Shown here: piece after piece, positions 10,157 to 20,366 of the stretch
How positions within the stretch are numbered: the stretch's first letter is position 1
Layout of the letters: each line of letters opens with the position of its first letter
Assembly: GCA_963752475.1 (NCBI GenBank)
Contig: CAVVYR010000029.1
Span: forward strand, 160,001 to 224,000
Direction of reading: 5' to 3'
Origin: an uncultured Chloroflexia bacterium
GTDB lineage: Bacteria > Chloroflexota > Limnocylindria > Limnocylindrales > CSP1-4
Length of the DNA: 64,000 nucleotides
Position numbers and translations under genes: made by a program
Notes under the pieces: model-generated
The model's database searches: none
What the model was told of the DNA's origin: nothing
The model's input: only the letters and a program-made list of their open reading frames with translations

Positions 10157-10726
10157 TCCACGCCGACCCTCGGCCGACGAGGTCCGCGCGCTCGTACAGC
10201 GCATCGTCGACCAGACGCTCGACTCGGAGCCCCCGGCCGCCCCCGCCGGCGACGGCCGGATCGCAGTGGCCATCGCCGGCGACCACGGTGGCTGGCGCAT
10301 GAAGGACGCCATCGGCAGGTGGCTCGAGGAGCACGGCTATGCCGTACGGGACTGTGGCACGGACAGCGACGACGCGGTCGACTATCCCGACTTCGCTCAG
10401 GCCGTGGCCCAGCTGGTCGCGGATGGATCGTGCACGTGGGGCATCGTCGTCGATGGCGCGGGTATCGGCTCGGCCATGGCCGCCAACAAGGTGCCCGGCG
10501 TGCGCGCCGCCAACTGCCACGACATCTCCTCGGCTCGCAACAGCCGCGAACACAACTACGCCAACGTCCTGACGCTCGGGTCCGGCTTCCTGGGCAACGC
10601 CCTGGCACTCCAGATCGTCGAGACCTGGCTGGACACCGAGTGGGGCGCGGAACGTCACGGGCGCCGCGTCGAGAAGATCAGCGCGATCGAACACTCCTAC
10701 ACCGGCAGCCCCGGGGGAAAGGACCG

Positions 10727-10730
<4 letters not shown>
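10149..10730 (+). CDS. rpiB: RpiB/LacAB-family sugar-phosphate isomerase with N-terminal encapsulation-peptide-like helix
   Basis: [40 protein letters not shown]; N-terminal [15 protein letters not shown]. Confidence 0.9.
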
Positions 10731-11603
<873 letters not shown>

Positions 11604-11617
<14 letters not shown>

Positions 11618-12227
11618 GCTAAGGGCATATTCATTCATCGACAGCCTGCAGGCCCAGTACGCGGCCTTCCTGGGCACCGTCGCGCAGGGCTTCCTGCCCC
11701 TGGCCGGTGATGCCTCGCTGTCGATCGAGATCTCACCCGGCATCGAGATCAACCGGCTCACCGACGTGGCCCTCAAGTCGACGAACGTGAAGCCGGGCAT
11801 GCAGATCATCGAGCGCTACTACGGCATGCTCGAGATCCACTCCCCCGAGCAGTCGGAGGTGCGCGCCGCCGGCGCCGCCATCCTCGACGAGATCGGGCTC
11901 AAGGAGACCGACCGCATCAAGCCCAAGGTCGCCTCGAGCCAGATCATCCGTCGCATCGACGACCACCAGGCGCAGCTCATCAACCGCACGCGCCACGGCC
12001 AGATGCTCATCCCCGGCCAGACCCTCTACGTGCTCGAGATGGAGCCCGCGGCCTACGCCGCGCTGGCCGCCAACGAAGCAGAGAAGGCCGCGGACATCAA
12101 CGTCCTCGAGGTGCGCAACTTCGGCTCCATGGGCCGCATCTACCTCGGCGGCGAAGAGCAGGACATCGATGTCGGCTGGCGCGCGGCCCTGGCCGCGGTC
12201 GACGGCCTGGAGGGACGCGACAAGTAG
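11604..12227 (+). CDS. BMC-T shell protein (circularly permuted, stacked-trimer type; CcmP/CsoS1D-like)
   Basis: [42 protein letters not shown] motifs of BMC-T(dp) proteins. Confidence 0.92.
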
Positions 12228-12290
12228 CGACCTCCGAGACCACACACGAAACCGCACTCAAGACAGGCACGAGCAAGGGAGAACGAAGGA

Positions 12291-12611
12291 ATGGCTGAAG
12301 CACTGGGAATGATCGAGGCCCGCGGGTTCACCGCCGTGGTCGAGGCCGCTGACGCGATGGTCAAGGCCGCCAAGGTGGAGCTGGTCAGCTACGAGAAGAC
12401 CGGTGGCGGCTACGTCACCGCCGTCGTGCGTGGCGACGTGGCGGCCGTGAAGGCTGCCGTCGAGGCCGGCGTGCGCAACGCCGAGAAGGTCGGCGAGGTC
12501 GTGAGCAGCCACGTCATCGCCCGCCCGCACACGAACGTGGACCTGGTCCTGCCGCTCGGTCGCCTCGACGAGGCCGAGGCCGAGTCCGGTGCCGGCACCA
12601 AGAAGAAGTAG
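12291..12611 (+). CDS. BMC-H hexameric shell protein (EutM/PduA-like)
   Basis: [33 protein letters not shown]. Confidence 0.97.
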   Translation: MAEALGMIEARGFTAVVEAADAMVKAAKVELVSYEKTGGGYVTAVVRGDVAAVKAAVEAGVRNAEKVGEVVSSHVIARPHTNVDLVLPLGRLDEAEAESGAGTKKK

Positions 12612-12623
12612 CGACCAGCGATC

Positions 12624-12649
12624 GGACGCCGGGCCACGGCTCGGCGTCC
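12624..12649 (+). terminator. GC-rich stem-loop after the BMC-H gene (attenuator or mRNA stabiliser)
   Basis: GGACGCCGGGC-CACG-GCTCGGCGTCC, an 11-bp stem with one G-U pair and no U-tract. Confidence 0.55.
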
Positions 12650-12669
12650 ACACCTGACGGAGAACGCAG

Positions 12670-12957
12670 ATGTTGCTCGGACGTGTGACCGGCACGGTCG
12701 TGGCTTCCCGCAAGGAGCCGCTGACCGAAGGCTGGAAGCTCCTCGTCGTGCGCCAGCTCGACGCGGAGGACAAGGAGACCGGCGGCTACGTCGTCGCGGC
12801 CGATGCGGTCGGGGCCGGCGTGGGCGAGGTCGTGCTGTACGCGAGCGGGAGCTCCGCGCGCAACACCGAGACCACCAAGGACAAGCCCTGTGACGCGGTG
12901 ATCATGGCCATCGTCGACCAGTGGGAGATCGAGGGCCGGGAGGTCTACCGCAAGTAG
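12670..12957 (+). CDS. BMC-P vertex protein (EutN/CcmL) 1
   Basis: [35 protein letters not shown]. Confidence 0.95.
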   Translation: MLLGRVTGTVVASRKEPLTEGWKLLVVRQLDAEDKETGGYVVAADAVGAGVGEVVLYASGSSARNTETTKDKPCDAVIMAIVDQWEIEGREVYRK

Positions 12958-12970
12958 CGGGACACGCAAG

Positions 12971-14425
12971 ATGGACGAACGTGAGATCGCCGAGATCATC
13001 GAGCGGGTGCAGCGCCGCCTGGCCACGGCCGACAGCTCCCACCCGGGCACCGGCCTGCAGGCCGGAGCGGAGGTAGCCAAGGCTGCCGAGGTGCAGCTGG
13101 GCGATGGCATCCACGCCACCGTCGATGACGCCGTGGCCGCCGCCACGCGAGCCTTCCGCGCCTTCGGCGACGCGGGCCTGGAGCGGCGCAGGACCGTCAT
13201 CGAGGCCGTCCGTACGTCGATGCTCAGGGCAGCCGAGCAGCTGGCACGCATGGCCCACAGCGAGACCGGTATCGGCCGCTACGACGACAAGGTCGTGAAG
13301 AACCGGCTGGTCACGACCAAGGCCCCCGGCCCCGAAGACCTCGAGGTGCTGGCGGTGAGCGGCGACAACGGCATGATGGTCACCGAGTGGGCGCCCTTCG
13401 GCATCGTCGGCGCCATCACGCCGGTGACCAACCCGACGTCCACGATCATCAACAACACCATCAGCATCGTCAGCGCCGGCAACGCGGTGGTCTTCAACGC
13501 CCACCCCTCGGCCAAGGCCTGCTCGGCTGAGACGATCCGGCTCATCAACCGCGCCATCGTGGGCGCCGGCGGGCCGCCGGACCTGGTCACGGGCGTGGCC
13601 GTCCCCACCATCGACAGCGCCCGGGCCGTGATGAACCACCCCGGCATCCGCGTGCTGCTCGTGACCGGCGGGCCCGGCGTCGTGCGCGAAGCGCTCAAGA
13701 CGGACAAGCGAGCCATCACCGCCGGTCCCGGCAACCCGCCGGCCGTGGTCGACCAGACCGCTGACATCGAGCGTGCCGGCGCGGACATCGTGCGTGGCGC
13801 GTCCTTCGACAACAACCTCGTCTGCATCGACGAGAAGGTCGTGCTGGCAGTCGATACCATCGCCGACCGGCTGCTGCGCGCGATGAGCCAGAACGGCGCC
13901 TACCTGCTCAAGGAGCACGAGCTGAAGAAGCTCGAGCGCGTCATCTTCAAGGAGCTGGGCGCGCCCAACCGGCCGGGCGTGATGAACCCCGCCTGGATCG
14001 GGAAGGACGCGTCGGCGATCCTGGCAGAGATCGGCGTGCAGGCCGAGCCCGAGCCGCGCCTGCTGGTGGCCGATGTGCCCCGCGAGCACAGCCTCGCCTG
14101 GACCGAGCAGATGATGCCGGTGCTGCCGGTAGTCCGCGTGGGCAACGTGGACTCCGCCATCGACCTGGCGGTGCGCATGGAGCACGGCTTCCGCCATACC
14201 GCTTCCATCCACTCCACCAACGTCGAGATCATCACGCGCATGGCGCGGGCCATGAACTGCTCGATCTTCGTGGCCAACGGCCCCAACCTCGGTGGCCTGG
14301 GCGCCGACGGCGAGGGCTTCACCTCCTTCTCCATCGCCTCCCCCACCGGTGACGGCCTGACCCGGCCGCGCACGTTCTCGCGCGAGCGCCGCGTGACCGT
14401 GGTCGGCGCGTTGAGGATCGTCTAG
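12971..14425 (+). CDS. CoA-acylating aldehyde dehydrogenase (EutE/PduP-like) with N-terminal encapsulation peptide
   Basis: PFGIVGAITPVTNP, VTGGPGVV, GPGNPP, SFDNNLVC (catalytic Cys), EQMMPVLP, EHGFRHTA. Confidence 0.94.
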   Translation: MDEREIAEIIERVQRRLATADSSHPGTGLQAGAEVAKAAEVQLGDGIHATVDDAVAAATRAFRAFGDAGLERRRTVIEAVRTSMLRAAEQLARMAHSETGIGRYDDKVVKNRLVTTKAPGPEDLEVLAVSGDNGMMVTEWAPFGIVGAITPVTNPTSTIINNTISIVSAGNAVVFNAHPSAKACSAETIRLINRAIVGAGGPPDLVTGVAVPTIDSARAVMNHPGIRVLLVTGGPGVVREALKTDKRAITAGPGNPPAVVDQTADIERAGADIVRGASFDNNLVCIDEKVVLAVDTIADRLLRAMSQNGAYLLKEHELKKLERVIFKELGAPNRPGVMNPAWIGKDASAILAEIGVQAEPEPRLLVADVPREHSLAWTEQMMPVLPVVRVGNVDSAIDLAVRMEHGFRHTASIHSTNVEIITRMARAMNCSIFVANGPNLGGLGADGEGFTSFSIASPTGDGLTRPRTFSRERRVTVVGALRIV

Positions 14426-15018
14426 TGCCGCCTGCCGCCATCGAACCCGCGCTGGGGCTGCTGGAGCTGGAGTCGATCGCCGCCGGCATCGAAGCCGGCG
14501 ACGCCATGGTCAAGCGCGCACCCGTGGAGGTGCTGCGCGCCGGGACCGTACACCCGGGCAAGTACCTCGTGCTCGTCGGTGGCGACGTGGCCGACGTGCA
14601 GGAGGCCCTCGAGGCGGGCACGGAGACCGGCGGGCTGGCCGTCCGTGACACGACCTTCCTGGCCAACATCCATCCCGATGTCGTCGAGGGCGTGCGCGGG
14701 CGCCGCCAGGTCGCACAGGACGAAGCGCTCGGGATCATCGAGACGGCCACGGTGCCGGCGATCATCCGCGCCGCTGATGCCGGCCTGAAGGGCGCACAGG
14801 TTCGGCTCCTGGAGCTCAACCTCGCCGACGACCTCGGAGGCAAGGGCTACCTGCTCTTTGACGGCTCGGTCACGGACGTGGAGGCAGCCGTCGAGATCGG
14901 CACCGCCGCGGTCGGTGAGGCGCGCGGCCTGCACGCCCGGGTCATCGCCCAGCTACACACCGAGATGGCTCATGAGCTCGCCGCCGACGGCCGCTTTGCC
15001 TCGCGGGTGGCCGAGTAG
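14425..15018 (+). CDS. BMC-T shell protein (PduT-like single-layer tandem domain)
   Basis: Two BMC domains: ALGLLELESIAAG...GDAMVK...PGKY and ALGIIET...ADAGLK...GGKG. Confidence 0.92.
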   Translation: MPPAAIEPALGLLELESIAAGIEAGDAMVKRAPVEVLRAGTVHPGKYLVLVGGDVADVQEALEAGTETGGLAVRDTTFLANIHPDVVEGVRGRRQVAQDEALGIIETATVPAIIRAADAGLKGAQVRLLELNLADDLGGKGYLLFDGSVTDVEAAVEIGTAAVGEARGLHARVIAQLHTEMAHELAADGRFASRVAE

Positions 15019-15020
15019 CC

Positions 15021-15311
15021 ATGCAGCTCGCACGCGTCACCGGCACGGTCGTGGCCAGCACCAAGGTGCCCGGGCTGGAGGGCGTCAAGCTGCTCATCAT
15101 CCAGCCCCTGGACCGCTGGCAGCAGCCCAAGGGTGAGCCGGTCGTGGCCGCCGACGCGGTGCACATGGCCGGTCCCGGGGAGCTGGTCTACTTCGTAGCC
15201 TCGCGCGAGGCGGCGCAGGCACTCGAAGAGACGTTCGTGCCCGTCGACCACGCCATCGTGGGCATCGTCGACGAGGTCACCATGCTGCCGGGCGCGGAGG
15301 GCGGCACATGA
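15021..15311 (+). CDS. BMC-P vertex protein (EutN/CcmL) 2
   Basis: [27 protein letters not shown]. Confidence 0.93.
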   Translation: MQLARVTGTVVASTKVPGLEGVKLLIIQPLDRWQQPKGEPVVAADAVHMAGPGELVYFVASREAAQALEETFVPVDHAIVGIVDEVTMLPGAEGGT

Positions 15312-15583
15312 AGCTTGGGAAGGTCGTGGGCAACGTCGTGTCCACCATCAACACGCCGCACTTCGAACAGCGCACGCTGCTGCTGGTCGATCTGGTGGGT
15401 CCGGACGGGGCGCCGTCGGGCGGATACCAGATCGCCGTCGACAGCATCGGCGCTGGCGCCGGCGAGACCGTCCTGTTGCTCGACGAGGGCAACGGCGCAC
15501 GCCAGGTGCTCGACGCTCCGGGCGCCCCCATCCGCACGGTCGTCATCGGCATCGTGGACGAGGTCAGCAGCGACAGCGTCTGA
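15308..15583 (+). CDS. BMC-P vertex protein (EutN/CcmL) 3
   Basis: GKVVGNVVST, DSIGAGAGE, EGNGAR, VIGIVD. Confidence 0.93.
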   Translation: MKLGKVVGNVVSTINTPHFEQRTLLLVDLVGPDGAPSGGYQIAVDSIGAGAGETVLLLDEGNGARQVLDAPGAPIRTVVIGIVDEVSSDSV

Positions 15584-15642
15584 GCGCCGCGCAGGAGCGC
15601 GTCATCCGCGCGCAGCACGGTCACCGAGGCGCCGGTTCCGGC

Positions 15643-16455
15643 TCAGGCGCGACACGCAGCCGCGTAGTACAGCGGGACATCGAAACAGATGTGAACGATG
15701 ATCGGCAGCCATAGCGAACCCGTCCGACGCACGATCAGACCGGCGACAAGACCTCCCGCCATGATGGCCAGGACCACCGGAAGCATCGGTCCGGTGAAAT
15801 CCGGGCCGGTATGCGCGAGTCCGAAGACCACGGCCTGGCCGACCAGCCCGACCACGGGTCCGGCAGCGCGCGAGAGCCAGTGCATGAGCGCACCGCGGTA
15901 GGCCAGCTCCTCCATCGTCCCGTTGGCCACCGCGAGCACGAGGGCTGGCGCGATCGCCAGCGGCTGGGACAGGTCGAGCCGCATCTCGCCGAAGAACGGC
16001 TCGGCCAGGAGCGCGCCAAGGTACAGGCTGGGGATGGGGATGAGCAGGACCGCCGCGAGGCCGAGCAGGACCTCGTTCCGCGACGGCTTCCGCAGTCCGA
16101 TCTGGCTCAAGCTCGTGCGCAGATAGCGCGCCAGCCCGACCACGACCCCACACACCAGCAGCGCCGCGGCGGCGCGAAGCCAGGCTGCGGGCGAGAGCAG
16201 GTCGTCGCACTCGAGCGGCTGGACCAGGAGTCGGTCCGCGACGAAGGTGGCCCAGGCCATGACCACGGCCACGGGCAATCCGGCCGCCATCGCCCAGCGT
16301 GCGGCCGAGCGTGCCGGAGCCAGTACGACACCGAGCCCCAGTACCAGAACGAGCGGCAAGCGCAGTTCTGGCACAAGGGCCGCCAGGCCGAGCGCGCCGA
16401 CGAGGGCGATCCCGATGTTCGGTGCCGTGTTGCCGCTGTATCGAGGGCCGGTCAC
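15643..16455 (-). CDS. CPBP (CAAX/Abi) family intramembrane glutamic endopeptidase
   Basis: EELAYRG, FGLAH and PIIVHICFD motifs; multiple hydrophobic segments. Confidence 0.88.
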   Translation of the reverse strand: MTGPRYSGNTAPNIGIALVGALGLAALVPELRLPLVLVLGLGVVLAPARSAARWAMAAGLPVAVVMAWATFVADRLLVQPLECDDLLSPAAWLRAAAALLVCGVVVGLARYLRTSLSQIGLRKPSRNEVLLGLAAVLLIPIPSLYLGALLAEPFFGEMRLDLSQPLAIAPALVLAVANGTMEELAYRGALMHWLSRAAGPVVGLVGQAVVFGLAHTGPDFTGPMLPVVLAIMAGGLVAGLIVRRTGSLWLPIIVHICFDVPLYYAAACRA

Positions 16456-16535
16456 CGTGGGCCATCCTGTCGCCGGCAGCGTGCCATGAGGCCCCGCGCG
16501 GATCCCACGGTCAGGGAGCCGTCAGTGAGGCCGTA

Positions 16536-19337
16536 TCAGGAAGAGGACGCCTTCCCCGCCTCGACCACATCGTCCTTGGGGACCTCGTCGACAGGGATCT
16601 TCCAGATGACCTTGCGCACCTCCGCTACCACCAGCAACGAGAGGCCGATGAGCACGCATACGACCCACTGCTCGAAGTCCAGGGGAACCGTGCCCAGGAG
16701 TCGCTGGAGGATACCCAGCTCGGTCATGGCCACGGTGATGAGGACGCTGATGAGCGTCGCGATGACGAAGCTGCGATCAGCCAGCACCTCGAGACTCAGC
16801 GAACTGCGGTCCTCGGCCTTGGTGCCGATGGAGATGGCGATGTTGAAGATCGCGAAGGCCACCAGGCCCATCGTGCGACCGACGTCCTCGTTGAGGGTCC
16901 CCGAGCCCCACTCACCGAGCTCGCCGCTGCCCAGCTGGATGGCCAGCAGGGTGCCGGCCCCGATGTAGACGCCCGCGATAGCCAGCCAGGCCAGCATCAT
17001 CGGCCCCAGGATGGGCACACCCGACGGCCGCGGCGTACGTTCCATCAGGCCCGGGGTGGCCTTGCCGAAGCCGAGACCGAAGGCCTGAGCCGCCTGCACG
17101 CTGAAGTTGATGAAGATCGTCTGCGCGGGCAGGAACGGTAGCCCGCCCGCGATCCAGAAGATGCTCGAGCCCAGGAACGTGGCGATGAACCCGAAGAGGC
17201 CGGCCATCTGGAAGCGGATGTAGCGCTGCAGGTTGTCATAGATGCTGCGACCCAGGCGCACCGCCCGCACGATGGTGCTGAAGTCGTCATCGGTGAGGAT
17301 CATCACCGCGGCCTCCTTGGAGACCTCCGTGCCGGTGATGCCCATGGCCACGCCGATGTCGGCCTGCTTGAGTGCGGGCGCGTCGTTGACGCCGTCACCG
17401 GTCATGGCCACGATGCGCTTCTCGCGCTGCAGCAGCTGCACCAGGCGGACCTTGTCCTCCGGGGTGACCCTGGCGATGATGCCGATGTCGTCCATCTCGC
17501 GGGTCGCCTGATCGTCTGACATGGCCCGGAAGTCGGCGCCGCTGATGGCGCGACCGGTGATGCCCAGCTCGCGGCCGATGGCCTCGGCGGTGACGACGTG
17601 GTCGCCGGTGATCATGCGCACCTGGATGCCGGCACGGTGGGCGGTCGCGATGGAGTCCTTCACGGTCGGGCGCGGGGGGTCCACGATGCCCACCAGGGCC
17701 ATCAGCGTCAGCCCCTCGATCTGTGCGAGCAGATCGCCGCCGGCATCGAAGTCCGCCGCGGGCAGGTCCTTGCGCGCGGTCGCCAACACCCGCAGGCCCT
17801 TCGAGGCCAGACGGTCGTTCTCAGCCATGTACCGCTGACGGACATCGTCGCTGATCTTGACCGGGTCATGGTCGCGGGAATAGAGCTCGGAGGCGCGATC
17901 GAGGAGCTGGTCCGGAGCGCCCTTGATGTAGGCGCGTACGAACTCCTTGCCTTTCTCATCGGTCCAGCGATGGAAGGTGGCCATCAGCTTGTAGGCCGCA
18001 TCGAAGGGCAAGGTGGCCAAGCGCGGATACCGCTCCCGCGTAACCTCGGTGCCGACGCCGCCCTTCCCGGCGAGGACGACCAGTGCGCCCTCGGTGGGAT
18101 CGCCGACGAGCTCGCCGTTGCGAGCGACCGCGTCCGAAGCCAGCACCATCGGCAGCAGGAATTGCTCGAGGTTCTCGTCGTCGAGATCTCCGCCCTCGCG
18201 CATGATCTTGCCGCTGATGCCGTAGCCCGTACCACTGATCTCGTAGCGGCGGCCGACCGTGGCCATCTCGACCGCGGTCATCTGGTTCAAGGTCAGGGTG
18301 CCGGTCTTGTCGGAGTTGATGGCCGAGGTCGAACCCAACGTCTCCACCGAGCGCAGGTTCTTCACGATGGCACCAGCCTCGGCGAGCGTCCTGGTGCCCA
18401 TCGAGAGGATGGTCGTGACCACCGCCGGCAGACCGGTCGGGATGGCCGCCACGGCGAAAGCGATGGCGGACACGAAGAGCACGTCGAAGGCCTCGCCGCG
18501 CATGAGGCCGAGCAGCATCGAGGCGATGAGCGCAGCGCCGGCGATGGCGATGAGCTGCCGGGTCAGCTTCTCCAGCTGCTGCGTGAGCGGGGTCGTCGTC
18601 GTTTCAGCGCTCGAGAGCAGGTCGGAGATGTGGCCGACCTCGGTCGCCATGCCCGTGGCCGTGACCACGAAGGTGGCTGAGCCGCGCGTCGCGCTGGTGT
18701 TCATGAAGACCATGTCGATGCGGTCGCCCAGCGTCGTTTCCGGATCGGTCAGTGCGGCCACGTCCTTTGCGACCGGCAGAGACTCACCGGTCAGCGGTGC
18801 CTCGTCGACCTCCAGCGTGGCCGCCGTGATGAGGCGGCCATCGGCGGGGATGAGGTCACCGGCCTCGATCGAGACGACATCGCCGGGCACCAGGTCCTCC
18901 GCTGGCACCTCCACCAGGTCACCATCACGCAGCACGCGCGCCTTGACGATCATCATCTCCTGGAGGGCCGCCACGGCGGCGGCGGCCTTGCCCTCCTGAG
19001 CCATGCCCATGGCCGCATTGAGCACCGTCAGCCCGATGAGCATGATGCCCGTCGAGTACTGCTCGACGGGCCAGATGCTGACGATGCCGGCCACCAGCAG
19101 CACGACCTGCATGAGGTCCTTGTACTGGCGCACGAAGACCTGCCAGCGGGGCTCCTTCTCGCCCTCGGCGAACTTGTTGGGCCCGTGCTGCGCCCGTCTC
19201 GAAGTGACCTCGGTGGCACTCAGTCCGACCTTGGCATCGACGTCGGCCTGGTCCAGGGCTTCCTGCGGAGTCAGCTGGAATGCGGCTCGTCCATCAGAGC
19301 CCGAGGTCTGCGTCAAGGTGTCACTCTCCACGATCAT
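16536..19337 (-). CDS. P-type ATPase, P2A-like scaffold with non-canonical transport site
   Basis: LTGES, DKTGTLT, GDPTE, KGAPD, MITGD, GDGVNDAPALK all present; M4 reads AIPTGLP rather than PEGL. Confidence 0.93.
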   Translation of the reverse strand: MIVESDTLTQTSGSDGRAAFQLTPQEALDQADVDAKVGLSATEVTSRRAQHGPNKFAEGEKEPRWQVFVRQYKDLMQVVLLVAGIVSIWPVEQYSTGIMLIGLTVLNAAMGMAQEGKAAAAVAALQEMMIVKARVLRDGDLVEVPAEDLVPGDVVSIEAGDLIPADGRLITAATLEVDEAPLTGESLPVAKDVAALTDPETTLGDRIDMVFMNTSATRGSATFVVTATGMATEVGHISDLLSSAETTTTPLTQQLEKLTRQLIAIAGAALIASMLLGLMRGEAFDVLFVSAIAFAVAAIPTGLPAVVTTILSMGTRTLAEAGAIVKNLRSVETLGSTSAINSDKTGTLTLNQMTAVEMATVGRRYEISGTGYGISGKIMREGGDLDDENLEQFLLPMVLASDAVARNGELVGDPTEGALVVLAGKGGVGTEVTRERYPRLATLPFDAAYKLMATFHRWTDEKGKEFVRAYIKGAPDQLLDRASELYSRDHDPVKISDDVRQRYMAENDRLASKGLRVLATARKDLPAADFDAGGDLLAQIEGLTLMALVGIVDPPRPTVKDSIATAHRAGIQVRMITGDHVVTAEAIGRELGITGRAISGADFRAMSDDQATREMDDIGIIARVTPEDKVRLVQLLQREKRIVAMTGDGVNDAPALKQADIGVAMGITGTEVSKEAAVMILTDDDFSTIVRAVRLGRSIYDNLQRYIRFQMAGLFGFIATFLGSSIFWIAGGLPFLPAQTIFINFSVQAAQAFGLGFGKATPGLMERTPRPSGVPILGPMMLAWLAIAGVYIGAGTLLAIQLGSGELGEWGSGTLNEDVGRTMGLVAFAIFNIAISIGTKAEDRSSLSLEVLADRSFVIATLISVLITVAMTELGILQRLLGTVPLDFEQWVVCVLIGLSLLVVAEVRKVIWKIPVDEVPKDDVVEAGKASSS

Positions 19338-19403
19338 GTCGGATGTCCGACCTTCCGCGCCGATGGCGGATGTGCAGCGATGGTACCTGAGGGTAGTGCT
19401 ACC

Positions 19404-20351
19404 TCAATCACCGGACACGAGCGTCGGAAGCTCGTCGAGCCAGGCCTCACCTGCCAACTCGCGCGCGATGACGATGCCCTCGCGCAGGCTCGCGTCGGAG
19501 GCTTCGAGCGACGAGAGGTTATAGCAATCGAGCGCGGCCTCGATGAGGCTGGCCCCCGCGGCCATCTGGAGCACGCGCCGTTCCCGCAGGCCAAAGGCCT
19601 GCACGAGCTGAGCCGATGGGGTGGCCTTCACGATCTCGATGGCACGGGCGGTGCGGTCGGTGTCGATGAGGCCGGGATCGGGCGCATCTTCGTCGCCCTC
19701 GTCGGTGGTCAGCTTGATGAGGTTCGTGCCCGAACCGCCCACGACGATGCCTCGCTTGGGGTGGCCGGTGGGCAGGCTGCTGAAGAGATGGTGCGACTCG
19801 GCGCGCAGCTCGAGTACCTCAGCCTCGGTCGGCGGGTCGTCCTCCACGTGCTGCGCGGTCAGGCGCGCCGAGCCCACGGGAACGACGCCGATGACCGGAT
19901 CGGCGCCGGGCTCCAGGAGCACGACCTCCGACGAGCCTCCGCCGATGTCGATGACCATCGTCGCCTCCGTCGCCGGCTCACCCTCGAGCACGCCGACGAC
20001 CGTGAGGAGGGCCTCTTCCTCGTGACTCAGGATGTGCAGTTCGAGGCCGGTAGCGGCCAGCACGGCCTTCTTCGCGGCGGTCCGGTTGGAGGCTCGACGC
20101 AGGGGCTCGGTGGCCACCAGCGTGATCGATTCCGCTCCGGCCTCGTTGGCCTCGTTCACGTAGCGGGTGAGGACGTCGGTCATGGCCGCGAGGCCATGGT
20201 CCGGGATGAACCCCTCCATGTCGACCATGGCCCACAGGCCCAGGAGCTCCGACTCGTCGCGCAGCACCTCGCCCTCGATCTCAGCCAGGAGCAGGTGGAT
20301 GCTGTTGCTGCCGACATCGATGGCGGCTGTGATCCGGACCTCGTCTGCCAT
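19404..20351 (-). CDS. ppx: Ppx/GppA family exopolyphosphatase (short form)
   Basis: IDVGSNS, ATEPLRRASN, EEEA, DIGGGSSE, LREG. Confidence 0.85.
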   Translation of the reverse strand: MADEVRITAAIDVGSNSIHLLLAEIEGEVLRDESELLGLWAMVDMEGFIPDHGLAAMTDVLTRYVNEANEAGAESITLVATEPLRRASNRTAAKKAVLAATGLELHILSHEEEALLTVVGVLEGEPATEATMVIDIGGGSSEVVLLEPGADPVIGVVPVGSARLTAQHVEDDPPTEAEVLELRAESHHLFSSLPTGHPKRGIVVGGSGTNLIKLTTDEGDEDAPDPGLIDTDRTARAIEIVKATPSAQLVQAFGLRERRVLQMAAGASLIEAALDCYNLSSLEASDASLREGIVIARELAGEAWLDELPTLVSGD

Positions 20352-20366
20352 GTCGAGTACCCCGCG

